A DNA stretch of 64,000 nt from Geosiphon pyriformis uo1 (GCA_016748015.1 JAAOMT010000494.1:612190-676189); one strand, 5' to 3'. Positions 1 through 11,737 are shown, counted from the stretch's first letter. Notes: a model not told the origin generated them from the letters alone. Program-made: numbers and translations.

Positions 1-679
1 AGATTAGAGATTGGGACATACTTTGTGAAGGAAAGGTTAATAATGCAAACAAATCCAAGTTTATTCGAAAATTTATGTAGCCAGACTCCGTCTCTCAAAT
101 ATCAAGATTGTTTCCCTGATCCAAAAGAAAAATCAATAAAGTCAGGATGTTAGTCAAGGTTTTAAAATATTTTATGAAAATGGTATATTAGAGTTGTGGA
201 AAAACGTAATAAATAAGTTTATCTATCCAACATCTATAACTAGACCGTGTAGCACGGGAAAATTCTTTGTACTATGGTGCATATTACCTTAACTCACATA
301 TTTTAAGATCTGAATTCAAAATGCTAAGGCATCTTATGCAGTATAAGGAGACAAAAACTATCAAACTTGTTTCTCCTTTTAACAATTGAACAAGTATTGA
401 TAGAGTTATAATATTTTAAAATTACTTTCTTTTATATAGCTAATAAACAAATTAGATCTTTTACTACAGGTCATATGAAAAGGTCATGTGTATATTATTT
501 TGTGTAATTGGTCAAAAATATAAATGTATATTGTATATACTTTGAGTAATATAATAGTTTCATCTTTTTTTCATATCAATAGCTTTCTAAATACAAAATG
601 TTTTATTTATATGTATAATTTTATATTTATGTGCTAATTATTTTTATTTATTTGATTAGAAATAAAAAGGCTCAAAATA

Positions 680-1740
680 TGAAAAAAAGACAAAAAGAAT
701 TAAAAGTAAAGACAATATTACAACTATTATATTGTAAAGATAAATAACTAGATGAAAATAAAGATATAATTTCAAATACAAAACTTGATTCTTTGATTTA
801 TAAAAATAAACAAAAACTTTTGAAATAGAAAGATTCAGTTAGATATTATCTAAGGAAAGCATATACAAGTAAATCTCAAAGCAGTCTAAAATACAAAAGA
901 AAAATAGAAAAGAAGTATATACAAATTGCAAAAACATACAAGTCAATTACCACTTTTTTTGCTTCTATAATTTTTTATCAAGACAAAAAACCAGAATTAG
1001 CAATTATAAAAAAGAAAAAAAATAAAATCAATTGCAATATAAAAAAAAACTTAGTATTTTACATAATAAACAAAAATATCAAGCTTTATTCTTAAGCACT
1101 TTTGATTATTTTTGTATATAGTACTTAATTTTATACTTTATAAATATATTAAATAGAGAAAACAAAGTCAAGAATAACAGTTATATTGTATTTTTTGTTC
1201 TTAAAAAACAAAAAAATTAGAAAAATAAATAGGCTGCTCATTATTTATACAAATAAACAGACTATTTTTTTTTTATAGCCAATTTTTTCCAAGATTTAAG
1301 ACAAGCATATTAAGCATACTTTATTGTTTATAAATAAAAACATTAAAAAAAACATGCTTAAAATGGTTTCATAATGCAAAATTTAAGGACTGAAAAGTAT
1401 TATTGTTATAAGTCTTTTTTTGTAACAAGATTATTCTACAATACTTCAATATTAATAATTGTTATGTTTTAAAATCTACTATAATTCAAGATATGCAAAA
1501 ATAAAATTATATATTTTGCAAAAATAGACAAAACATTTATTATAATAAATACAAACAGAAGAATATTATAGTATATTGTCAAATATTTACAACAAAAATA
1601 ATACAATATGCTCAATTTATAAAGTTATTTGAACCAAAAAATAAGGAATTAATAATACTAATAATTTTAGATTTACTTATTAATTCTATATAATATGTTT
1701 TAGTCACTTATGATAAGACATACTTTTATGTTTTTAATAA
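680..1740 (+). pseudogene. Decayed IS630/Tc1-mariner-like DDE transposase, cut off by an LTR insertion
   Basis: The frame at ~1505-1740 reads IYYNKYKQKNIIVYCQ...YVLVTYDKTYFY. Reversing only G>A/C>T changes gives IYYDGHEREDVVAYRQ...HVLVTHDETYFYA, a motif typical of fungal Tc1-like transposases. The 5' boundary is approximate. Confidence 0.6.
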
Positions 1741-1928
1741 TATTATAAATAATTATTTAAAGTATTAAAACAAATAACAAACTCATAATTTAGTGCTCAA
1801 TAACTGTTGATATTGGTAATTTCTAAAGATTTTGAAGTCTAAAAGTTTTTGTTGAGTTTTTTGTATAATAAACAGAAATTTAATTAATAGTTTCTTCCAT
1901 AAATTTTTTTCTTTAACATAATGGTCAG
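1741..1928 (-). repeat. Element D 3' LTR, U5-side piece
   Basis: Matches the reverse complement of ~46650-46836. It begins TATTATA (mutated TGTTATA). Confidence 0.8.
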
Positions 1929-2900
1929 TATTACCAGAAGTTTTTGGTCTTTTTTTTTAAATGTTGTTAATGTTTATTTGTTGTTAATTTCACATTTTTT
2001 GAAAGCAGTTGAACCTTCAATAACTGAATTTATTTTTAAATTATCTCCTATAATTTGAACTACTGGACTTATAAGTGGAATAACCAATTCCTTGCCAGTT
2101 ATTTTATGTAGTTACATTTTAGTAAATGTTAACTCTTTTCCAAAAATTGCTTTTCTGGAAGCTCATTAAAAATGTGTAGTTACTTTGTGGTGAAAGTTAA
2201 CTCTTCTACAGGAATTTTGTCTGTAAACTATCTTAATAATTATGATAAAAAAATAAAAAAAAATAAGAGAAATGTAAAAAAAACAGAATTTTAACAAGGG
2301 AAACGTTTTTTATTCAGGCCTGGAGTCACTAACAGATTACTGAAATTGATAACTAATCAATTTCAAAATGTTAGTTGTGTTGAAGGAATTTCAAGTGTAA
2401 TAATCAAAAAATTTGGTTTTCGAATATTTAATTTTTATTTGATATGTGTAAAAAATGATTTGTTTTAATTAAGATATCTAAAGTAAGATACTATGATAAG
2501 ATATTATGAGAAAATATATTTTCTTGAAGAAAGAAGCTCTTCTTTTATACAACTTGTTGTAGTACTAGTCTTTGAACTTGCACTTTTTTCTTTGCTCTAA
2601 TTTTAGTAAACTAAAGATACATTTTGGTAAACTACAAATTATTTTTACAAACTATTGATTATTTCGGCCAATTTTCATCAATTTTAGCGAATTTTGACTA
2701 TATTAAATGATTCAGAATATTGTGTAATTTGATTATCTTAATTTCTATGATACAAATCAGGTTATTGATTAAGTAATAATATTTAATAATTTGATTAAAT
2801 AATAAGTAATAATCGAAATAATACTAATATATATTAATTAATAATAGGAATTATAAGAGTAATTTCATGCTAATTAATAGCTAAAATTTTACTAGTAACA
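1929..2900 (-). repeat. A1 3' LTR
   Basis: TATTACCAG...CTAGTAACA; direct repeat of 16319-17278. Confidence 0.93.
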
Positions 2901-3587
2901 TAATCTTCTCCTCAAGACTGAGCTCTGTCAAAGTCCAAGCACTATCTGTAATATTAAGATAGTAATTCAAGATAATTAAAGTAATTTGGTCTGAAATTGT
3001 TGAAATTTTAGTTCTGTAAACTTCTCAATGTATTGAATTTTTATTGAATAAAGTATTAGATTTTGTAGAATGTTTTTACAAGTGTTAAATAAATTATAGA
3101 GTCTCAATGCTGCTCTAAGTTTGTAGTAAGTGTTTGTTGGTCCAGCTGCTGTCTTGAATTCATTGTGAATTTGTTTTTATATGGCTTCAAAAGTAATGTT
3201 TGTTACTTCAAGTTCCAGTTTTCGTTTATAAAGTGTTTTTCCAATATGAAAATATTTATATATAAGAGTATGTTTATTGTTCTGTTCATTGAAAAATAAT
3301 AAAAGTTTTTGTTAAATTATAGCATTTGGTGAAATGTCAATAGGAGCAAATAAAAGGTTTTCTTTTAGTGCTTGCTTCAAAAGTTCTGGTAACTAAATTC
3401 CAAAATAACTTCTTGTGTTTCTTCTATAAAAGTGATAATTCTGTAAATTGTTTACTACTGGAGCTGTAGTTTTTTTCTGAATGTAATTAATTTGACTTCT
3501 ATTAATTGTTATGGATAAGTCAGGAAGTGTTTTTAAGACTAACATTAATTTTTGAAATATTTGTTAAATATTTCAAGGAATGATTAT
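2881..3587 (-). pseudogene. A1 accessory ORF3 (degraded)
   Basis: Colinear with the intact ORF 7176-7883; ATG>ATA, premature stops and a 1-nt deletion. Confidence 0.85.
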
Positions 3588-3747
3588 GATAAAAATGACT
3601 AACTAACAAAATTTTGAAAAAAAATAAAAAAAATTATTTTTGAGTATAGGGTTTTATTTGTTTTTGAATTTGAGTGTTTTTTGTAAGTATTTACTATTTT
3701 TGTTTTATGTCTTGTGTATTTTAAAAGGGTTATTGTAAAATATTAAA

Positions 3748-5133
3748 TTAAGTGTTCAAGTTTGGTTGTTGTTTTATTATAACTATTGGTTCTAAATTTT
3801 GGGAAATATTTTCAGGATTAATTAAAAGGGAATATGTACTAATTTGTAAAATTAATGGTTCAGAATTGTTTTTGAAACAATAGTGTTTCAATTGATCTCT
3901 ATGTGCAACTTTTGCTAGTACTTTATTATTAAGTCTTAACTTGTATAATCTATTGCCTAAAATTTCGTGAATATAAAATAGGCCATCCTATTTATGTTCA
4001 AATTTTCCACTCTATTGTTTTTCAATCTTAGTTCTGTGTAAGAAAACTTTATTTTCAACTTTAAATTTGTTGGTAACTAATGACAGTTTGTTATCATGTT
4101 TTTCTTTTTGTTGAGTTTGGGAGTGTTTAATATGAATGGTTGCTATCTGTCTTTTTTCTTCTAGTATACTAAAAAGAGTGTAGACTTTTCTCTGAAGTGT
4201 TTCTTAAAAGTTTTTCTCATTAATTGGTTGCACTGGGTATGTTTCCACTGTAAAATTAATTGGTAATATTGCTGTCTTTCCATAAGTAAGATCAAATAGT
4301 ATGTGTTTCATAGTATTTTGTTTTAGCATTCTATAAACTAGTAACACTGATGGAATAAATATATCCCATTTTTGCTCAAAATTTGTTGAGACTTTGGCTA
4401 AAGATTCACACAATGTTCTGTTAAAACATTCTACAAGTCTATTTGTTTGGGAGTAATAAGATAATGATAGAGGTTTTTTAACATTGAATTGTTCACAAAT
4501 TTTTTGTATCAAGTTGTTTACAAAATGTGTTTTTTGATTAAATAAAAGTTCAATTGAACATTTATGTCTACAAATAATGTCTTTTTAGATGAAATTTGCT
4601 ACTGATTTTACATCTGTTCTTTGGATGGTTTTAATTTCAGGCTATTTGGTAAGATAATCTATTACAACTGCAATATAATAATTTTCTTGGTTTTTGATAG
4701 GTAATGGTCTGATTAAATCAATTCCAACTCTGTCAAAAGGTTGTCCAACTTTGATTAGATTTAGAGATTCTGTAGAGCAAGTTTCTTTTCTTTTTTGACA
4801 ACTATTACAAGATTCTATATATTGTTAAATGTCTTTTTACATGTGGAACCAAAAATAATATTCAAGTATTCTTTGAATTGTTCCATTTCTTCACAAGTAT
4901 GCTGAAAAAAAATTTGTATCCATGTTGTATAAAATTGTTTCATTTTCATTTTCATGTACTAATCTGAGTAATTGGTTTGAATATCTGTGATTTTTATAAT
5001 AGATTTTGTTGTGGTGTATGAAATATTGTTTTGATTGATGTTGTAATCGATGTTTTTTACTTGGAAACCAATTTTTTGGCATAGTAAGAGTCTCCAAATA
5101 GTTTTTAAGATTGTTGTAATTTCTGGAATCTAT
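3748..5133 (-). pseudogene. A1 integrase ORF (degraded)
   Basis: ORF fragments 4204-4512 (QTNRLVECFNRTL) and 4891-5097; colinear with the A2 and A3 integrases. Confidence 0.9.
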
Positions 5134-5190
5134 TATTGTTTTGTTATTTTGTTGATAGGTTGGTAAGTTATAGTAGAATTGTTGTTGGTG

Positions 5191-6247
5191 TTAATCTTGT
5201 CTCATTCTTGAAAGGCTGTTAATATTAGTGTGTAGTTTTCCTGGTTTGTGGTGTATAATATATTTGTAGTTTGCTAGGAAGTTATTTCATTAAGACTGTT
5301 TGGCATTTTGTTTGGTTTTCTTTTTGTTGAGCCATTTGAGACCAATATTGTTAGTTATAATATCAAATTCTTTTCTATTTTTCAGGTATTGTTGAAAGTG
5401 TTTAAGAGCCTAAATGACTGCAGCAGCTTCTAATTCAGTTGAGTTATACTTGAGTTCTGTTGGTTTGAGTGTTCTATTGACATAGGCAATGACTTGTTCC
5501 TGGCCATTTTTATCTAATTGTAATAAGATAACACCAAATACTGTATGTAAAACATTAGTGGCTAGTTGGAACTATTTGTTAAAGTTTGGGTAAACAAAAA
5601 CTGGGGCTGTTGTCAATTTTGTTTTGAAAGTTTTAAAAGCTTTCTGTTGTTCCTCAGTCCATTGATATAACATGTTTTTGTTGATAAGATAATTAAGTGG
5701 TCTGGTAATTTCTGAGAATTTTTTTATGAATTTTTGATAATAGAAGGTTAATTTTACAAATCCTTGTAGCTCTGTGGTATTTTTGAAAGTTTAAAAGTTT
5801 TTGACAGCACTGATTGTTTCAAGATTTGGTTTGACTCCATTTTTGTTGACAATGTGTTCAAGAAAAATTAAACTTGTTTTTCCAAAGTAACACTTCTCAA
5901 TGTTCAATTTCAATCCTGCTTTCTGTAATCATTGAAAAACTTCTTGCAGGTGGATAAGATAAGCTTCAAAGCTTAGTGAGTACATATTAGTGTTATCAAG
6001 ATAGACAACTACTGATTGCCATAAAAGTCCTTCATATACAACATCTATGAATTGCTGAAATATTGCTGGTATATTGCAGAGTTCAAAAGACATAACATTG
6101 AACTCATAGTTTCTTTTTTAGATGGTAAATGCTGTTTTGGGTCCATTTTGACTTGTCAGTATCCACTTTTCAAGTCTAAAGTTGAGAAGAATTTGGCTTT
6201 TCCTAGAGCATCTAATATGTTATTAATTCTTGGAAGAGAGTAGACAT
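5191..6247 (-). pseudogene. A1 RT C-terminal part and RNase H
   Basis: Colinear with A3 38240-39287; ends SRMRQD*. Confidence 0.9.
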
Positions 6248-7195
6248 TGTTACCAGAGGTTTTTGGTCTCTTTTCTTAAATGTTGGTAATGTTGATTTGC
6301 TGTGAATTCACATTTTCAGGAAGTAGTTGGACCTCCAGTAACTGAATTTACTTTCAAATTATCTTCTATAATTTGAACTGCTGGGCTTATAAGTGGAATG
6401 GCCAATTCCGTGCCAGTTACTTTGTGTAGTTACGTTGTAGTAAATGTCAACTCTTTTCCAGGAATTGCTTGTCTAGAAGCTCACTAAAATGTGTAGTTAT
6501 TTTACTGTAAAAGTCAACTCTTCTACAGGAATCTCGTCTGTAGGCTACCCTAATGATTGTAATAAGAAAATAAAATAAAATAAAAGAAATATAAAAGAAA
6601 TAGAATTTTTTCAAAAGAAACGTTTTCTATCCAGACCTGGAGTTACTAACAGTTTATTGAAATTGGTAGCTAATCAATTTCAAAATGTTAGTTGTGTTGA
6701 GGGAATTTCAAGTATAATAATTTAAGGATTTGGTTTTTGAATATTTAATTTTTATTTGAAATGTGTAAAAAGTAATTTGTTTCAATTAAGATATCTAAAG
6801 TAGGATACTATAGTAAGATACTATGAGAAGATATATTTTCTTGAAGAGAAAAGCTCTTTTTTTATACAACTTGTTGTAGTATTAGTCTTTGAACTTGCAC
6901 TTTTCTCTTTTCTACAATTTGGGTGAACTAAAGATACATTTCGGCAAACTACAAGTTATTTTTATGAATTATTGATTATTTCGGCGAATTTTGACTATAT
7001 TAAATGGTTCAGAGTATTGTGTAATTTGATCATCTTAATTTCTATAGTACAAATCGAATTATTGATTGAGTAATAATATTTGATAATTTGGCTAATTAAT
7101 AAGTTATAATCGAAATAATAATAATATATTACTTAATAATAAGAATTATGAAAATAATTTCATGCTAATTAATAGCTAAAATTCCACTGGTAACA
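6248..7195 (-). repeat. A2 3' LTR (948 bp)
   Basis: Direct repeat of 10767-11737, lacking one unit of the U3 tandem array. Confidence 0.96.
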
Positions 7196-7883
7196 TAATC
7201 TTCTTCTCAAGACTGAGCTCTGTCAAAGTCCAAGCACTATCTGTAATGTCAAGATAATGGTCCAAAATAATTGAAGTGATTTGGTCTGAAAATTGTTGAA
7301 ATTTCAGTTTTGTGAGTTTGCCAATATATTGAACTTTCATTGGTTGCAGTATTGGATTTTGTAGGACATTTTCACAAGTGTTGAACAAATCATAGAGTCT
7401 AAAAGCTGCTCTAAGTTTGTAGCGAGTGTTTGTTAGGCCAGCTGCTGCCTTAAATTCATTGTGAATTTGTTTTTGTACAGTCTCAAGAGTAATGTTGGTT
7501 GCTTCAAGTTCTGGTTTTCGTTCATAAAGTGTTTTTCCAATATGAAAATATCTATATATAGGGGTATATTCATTGTTCTGTTCATTAAGGAATAGTAGAA
7601 GTTTTTGTTGCAATGTGGCATTTGGTGAGATGTCAATAGGGACAATTAAAAGATTTTCTTTCAATACTTGCTTCAAAAGTTCTGGTAATCTATTTCCAGA
7701 GTGACTTCTTGTTTTTTTTCTATAGAGGTAATAGTTCTGAGAATTATTTACTACTGGGGCTGTGGTTTCTTTCTGAATGTAATTAATTTGACTTTCATTA
7801 ATTGTTATGAATAAATCAAAAAGTGTTTTCAAGGCTAACATTAATTTTTGGGATATTTGTTGAATATTTCGAGGAATAATCAT
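7176..7883 (-). CDS. Intact accessory ORF3 (235 aa, unknown function) in the env position; reads through the PPT into the LTR
   Basis: Open ATG-to-TAG frame. Same-length homologue in A3 (40892-41599) and diverged homologues in B1, C and D. No signal peptide or TM segment is evident. Confidence 0.8.
   Translation of the reverse strand: MIIPRNIQQISQKLMLALKTLFDLFITINESQINYIQKETTAPVVNNSQNYYLYRKKTRSHSGNRLPELLKQVLKENLLIVPIDISPNATLQQKLLLFLNEQNNEYTPIYRYFHIGKTLYERKPELEATNITLETVQKQIHNEFKAAAGLTNTRYKLRAAFRLYDLFNTCENVLQNPILQPMKVQYIGKLTKLKFQQFSDQITSIILDHYLDITDSAWTLTELSLEKKIMLPVEF
7196..7210 (-). other. Polypurine tract of A2
   Basis: Minus-strand GAGAAGAAGATTA abutting TGTTACC. Confidence 0.8.
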
Positions 7884-8040
7884 GATAAAATGACTAATTA
7901 ATAAAGAAAAAGAATAAAAAAAAATATTTTTGGGTATAGGGTTTTTATTTGTTTTTGGGTTTGAATGTTTCTTGTGATTATTTACTATTTTTGTTTTATA
8001 TTTTGTCTATATTTTTAAAAGGATTATTATAAATATTAAA

Positions 8041-9420
8041 TTAAGTGTTCAAGTTTTGTTGTTTTATTATAACTATTGGTTCTAAATTTCGGAGAATATC
8101 TTCAGGATTAATTAAAGAGGAATGTGTACTAATTTGTGGAATTAATGATTCAGGATTGTTTCTAGAATGATAGTGTTTTAATCTATCTCCATGTGCAACT
8201 TTTACTAGTACTTTGTCATCAAGTCTTAACTTGTATGATCCATTGCCTAAAATTTCGTGAATATAAAATGGTCCATCCCATTTATGTTCAAATTTTCCAC
8301 TCCATTGTTTTTCAGTCTTAGTTTTGTGTAAGAAAACTTTATTTCCAACCTTAAATTCGTTGGTAATTGGTGGCAGTTTGTTGTCATGTCTTTCTTTTTG
8401 TAGGGCTTGGGAATGTTTAATATGAGTGGCTGCTATGTGTTTCTTTCCTTTCAATGTGCTAAAAAGAGTGTAGGCTCTTCTTTGGAGTGTTTCTTGGAAG
8501 TTTTCTTTATTAATTGGTTGCACTGGATATGTTTCTACTGTGAAATTAATTGGTAATGTTGCTGTCCTTCCATAAGTAAGATCAAATAGTGTGTGTTTTA
8601 TAGTATTTTGTTTTAGTGTTCTGTATACTAGTAACACTAATGGAATAAAGATATCTCATTTTTGCTCAAAATTTGTTGAAACTTTGGCTAAAGATTCACA
8701 CAATGTTCTGTTGAAACATTCTACAAGTCCATTTGTTTGGGGGTAATAAGATAATAATAGAGGTCTTTTGACATTGAATCATTCACAAATTTTTTGTATC
8801 AAGTTGTTCACAAAATGTGTTCTTTGATCAGATAAAAGTTCAATTGGGCATCCATGTCTACAAATAATGTCTTCATAGATGAAATTTGCTACTGGTTTTG
8901 TATTTGTTCTTTGGATGGCTCTAGCTTCAGGCCATTTGGTAAGATAATCTACTGCAACTGCAATATAATGATTTCCTTGGGTTGTGATAGGTAATGATCC
9001 AACTAGATCAATTCCAACTCTGTCAAAAGGTTGTCCAACTTTGATTGGATTTAAAGGTTCTGTGGGATAAATTCCTCCTTTTCTTTGACAACTATCATAA
9101 GATTCTACATATTGTCAAATGTCTTTTTGCATGTAAGGCCAAAAATAATGTTCAAGAGTTCTTTGAATTGTTTCATCACTTCCCAAGTGTGCTGAAGACG
9201 GATCTGTGTACATGTTGTATAAAATTGTTTTTTTTTTTTCTTGTACTAATCTGAATGGTTGATTTGGATTTTTGCGATTTTTATAATAGATTTTGTTGTG
9301 GTATATGAAATATTGTTTTGATTGGTGTTGTAAACGATGTTTTTCACCTGGAGACCAATTTTCTGGCATGGTAAGGGTCTCCAAATAGTTTTTAAGATTG
9401 CTGTAGTTTCTGGGATCCAT
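8041..9420 (-). pseudogene. A2 stand-alone integrase ORF (~459 aa; HHCC, DDE core, GPF module, no chromodomain)
   Basis: ORFs 9115-9420 and 8041-8637 share a frame; motifs SAHLG...HYFWP, PQTNGLVE and KWDGPFYI...HGDRLKHY. Internal stops are transition-derived. Confidence 0.92.
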
Positions 9421-9477
9421 TGTTGTTTGGTTATTTTGTTGGTAGGTTGGTAAGTTATAATGGAATTGTTGTTGGTG

Positions 9478-10721
9478 TTAATCTTGTCTTATTCTTGAAA
9501 GGCTATCAACATTGGTGTGTAGTTTTTCTGGTTTGTGGTGTACAATATATCTGTAGTCTGCTAGAAAGTCATTCCATTGAAACTGTTTGGCACTTTGTTC
9601 AGTTTTCTTTTTATTGAGCCATTTGAGACCAATATTGTCAGTTATGATATCAAATTCTTTTCCATTCTTCAGATATTATTGAAAATGTTTAAGAGCCCAG
9701 ATAACTGCAGCCACTTCTAATTCAGTTGAGCCATATTTGAGTTCGTGATAGAGGTATTGTTGTCAGTGAATTGTTGTAAGAAAGCATCTTTGAATGCTTG
9801 TCAGTTTTCAAAAGGGTTTTCCAGGTTCTCAAACCATTCTCCTGCAGTTCCTTGGAAAAAGTATGGAATTGCTTTGAGCATTCTTGTTGCATTCCAACTA
9901 TTTGCATCTCCTGCTTTCTGGACTTTGTCAAGCCATTCTTGAGGACTGGTATCATTATCTTCACTAGTAAATTCTGGAATTTTTGCAATGTAAGCAGTTG
10001 TTATTTCTTCTTTGTTTTCTGGAATTTCTTCTGGTTCTGATTCAGTTTCTTTACTTTCTAAGTTCTCTAAATGATTACTTTCGTTTTTCTGTAAGTATTC
10101 AATGATATTGGTGCTGGTTGATATTGATTCCTGCTGTTGAGTAGGATTTCTAGGTGACTGAAAATCTTCTGGTTTGGAGAAATGGTTAAGTGGTGAACTT
10201 GGTGTTTGTGTTCGAGCAAGTGAAATTGGAAATAGTGTAATAGAAAGTGGTAATTTGACACTGGTTCCTTGTTCAGGTATTTGCAAGTGTTTGGCAGTTG
10301 TCTTTGGTAGTATTGGAGTGTTTGGGGTGGTTTTTGAGTATTGTTTCACTTTTTGTTTGCCTTTGTTGCTTGTCTCTGTTTCTGATTCAAAGTCAAGAGA
10401 GTATTTGGACTGTACTGGGTATTTTTCTTCACAATACTCAATAATGTTAAAATTAAGTTCTTGAAAGTAGGTAGCAAGTGTTTTACTGTTCAGGTCTTCT
10501 GTTCCCAATTGTGAATAATGCACTAAATTATTGTAAAAATTGTTTCTGACTTCTGAGATATTGTAGTTTCCAAAAAAATAGTTGTTGAGGCGATTTTCAA
10601 TATATTGGTATACTGATTTCTTGACAACTTCAATTCCGTCTGGGATGTTGAATCTTTGTTTGCAGTGGATGTAAATTGACTAATAATACTCTAGAGTTGT
10701 TGTGTCTGGTGTGATCGCCAC
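9478..10721 (-). pseudogene. A2 Gag N-terminal half fused out of frame to the RNase H C-terminus
   Basis: ORF 9801-10523 (capsid motif WLDKVQKAGDANSW...AIPYFFQGTAGEWF). The junction at 9744/9745 was placed by comparison with A3. Confidence 0.88.
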
Positions 10722-10748
10722 TTTGAAGTTGTTATTGCTGTGTTATTT

Positions 10749-10764
10749 CCGTGGGAGAGCACCA
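10749..10764 (-). other. Primer-binding site, family A (TGGTGCTCTCCCACGG)
   Basis: Starts TGG two nt inside the 5' LTR end; mutated copies occur in A1 and A3. Confidence 0.85.
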
Positions 10765-10766
10765 AA

Positions 10767-11737
10767 TGTTACCGGAGGTTTTTGGTCTCTTTTTTTAAAT
10801 GTTGGTAATGTTGATTTGCTGTGAATTCACGTTTTCAGGAAGTAGTTGGACCTCCAGTAACTGAATTTACTTTCAAATTATCTCCTATAATTTGAACTGC
10901 TGGGCTTATAAGTAGAATGGCCAATTCCGTGCCAGTTACTTTGTGTAGTTACGTTGTAGTAAATGTCAACTCTTTCCCAGGAATTGTTTGTCTGGAAGCT
11001 CACTAAAATGTGTAGTTACTTTACTGTGAAAGTCAACTCTTCTACAGAAATCTCATCTGTAGGCTACCCTAATGATTGTAATAAGAAAATAAAATAAAAT
11101 AAAAGAAATATAAAAGAAATAGAATTTTTTTAAGAGAAACGTTTTCTATCCAGACCTGGAGTTACTAACAGTTTATTGAAATTGGTAGCTAATCAATTTC
11201 AAAACGTTAGTTGTGTTGAGGGAATTTCAAGTGTAATAATCAAAGGATTTGTTTTTTGAATATTTAATTTTTTTTATTTGAATGTATAAAAGATGATTTG
11301 TTTCAATTAAGATATCTAAAGTAGAATGCTATGGTAAGATACTATGAGAAGATATATTTTCTTGAAGAGAGAAGCTCTTCTTTTATACAACTTGTTGTAG
11401 TACTAGTCTTTGAACTTGCACTTTTCTCTTTTCTACAATTTGGGTGAACTAAAGATACATTTCGGCAAACTACAAGTTATTTCTACAAATTATTGATTAT
11501 TTCGGCGATTTTTCCATTAATTTCGGCGAATTTTGACTATATTAAATGGTTCAGGGTATTGTGTAATTTAATCATCTTAATTTCTATAGTACAAATCGGG
11601 TTATTGATTGAGTAATAATATTTGATAATTTGGCTAATTAATAAGTAATAATCAAAATGATAATAATATATTACTTAATAATAAGAATTATGAAGATAAT
11701 TTCATGCTAATTAATAGCTAAAATTCTACTGGTAACA
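10767..11737 (-). repeat. A2 5' LTR (971 bp)
   Basis: TGTTACCGG...CTGGTAACA, adjacent to the PBS. Confidence 0.96.

Larger units (their letters stand above)
6248..11737 (-). mobile_element. Element A2: internally deleted family-A LTR element inserted in the RT of A1
   Basis: TGTTACC...GGTAACA termini and a perfect TSD ACAT (6244-6247, 11738-11741). LTRs at 6248-7195 and 10767-11737. Gag is joined to RNase H at 9744/9745. Confidence 0.96.

Noticed and set aside
1-460. Host-like sequence with a possible splice acceptor near 115
   Set aside because: All three frames stop quickly; no gene could be supported.
466-520. TA-CAGGTC as the left TIR of the DDE element
   Set aside because: No matching inverted copy was found in the window.
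7176-7883. ORF3 as an envelope gene
   Set aside because: It is too short, and no signal peptide, TM helix or fusion-protein features are evident.
9045-10464. Plus-strand ORFs antisense to A2 (and similar short antisense ORFs in the other elements and genes)
   Set aside because: Shadow frames of biased coding sequence with no independent motifs.
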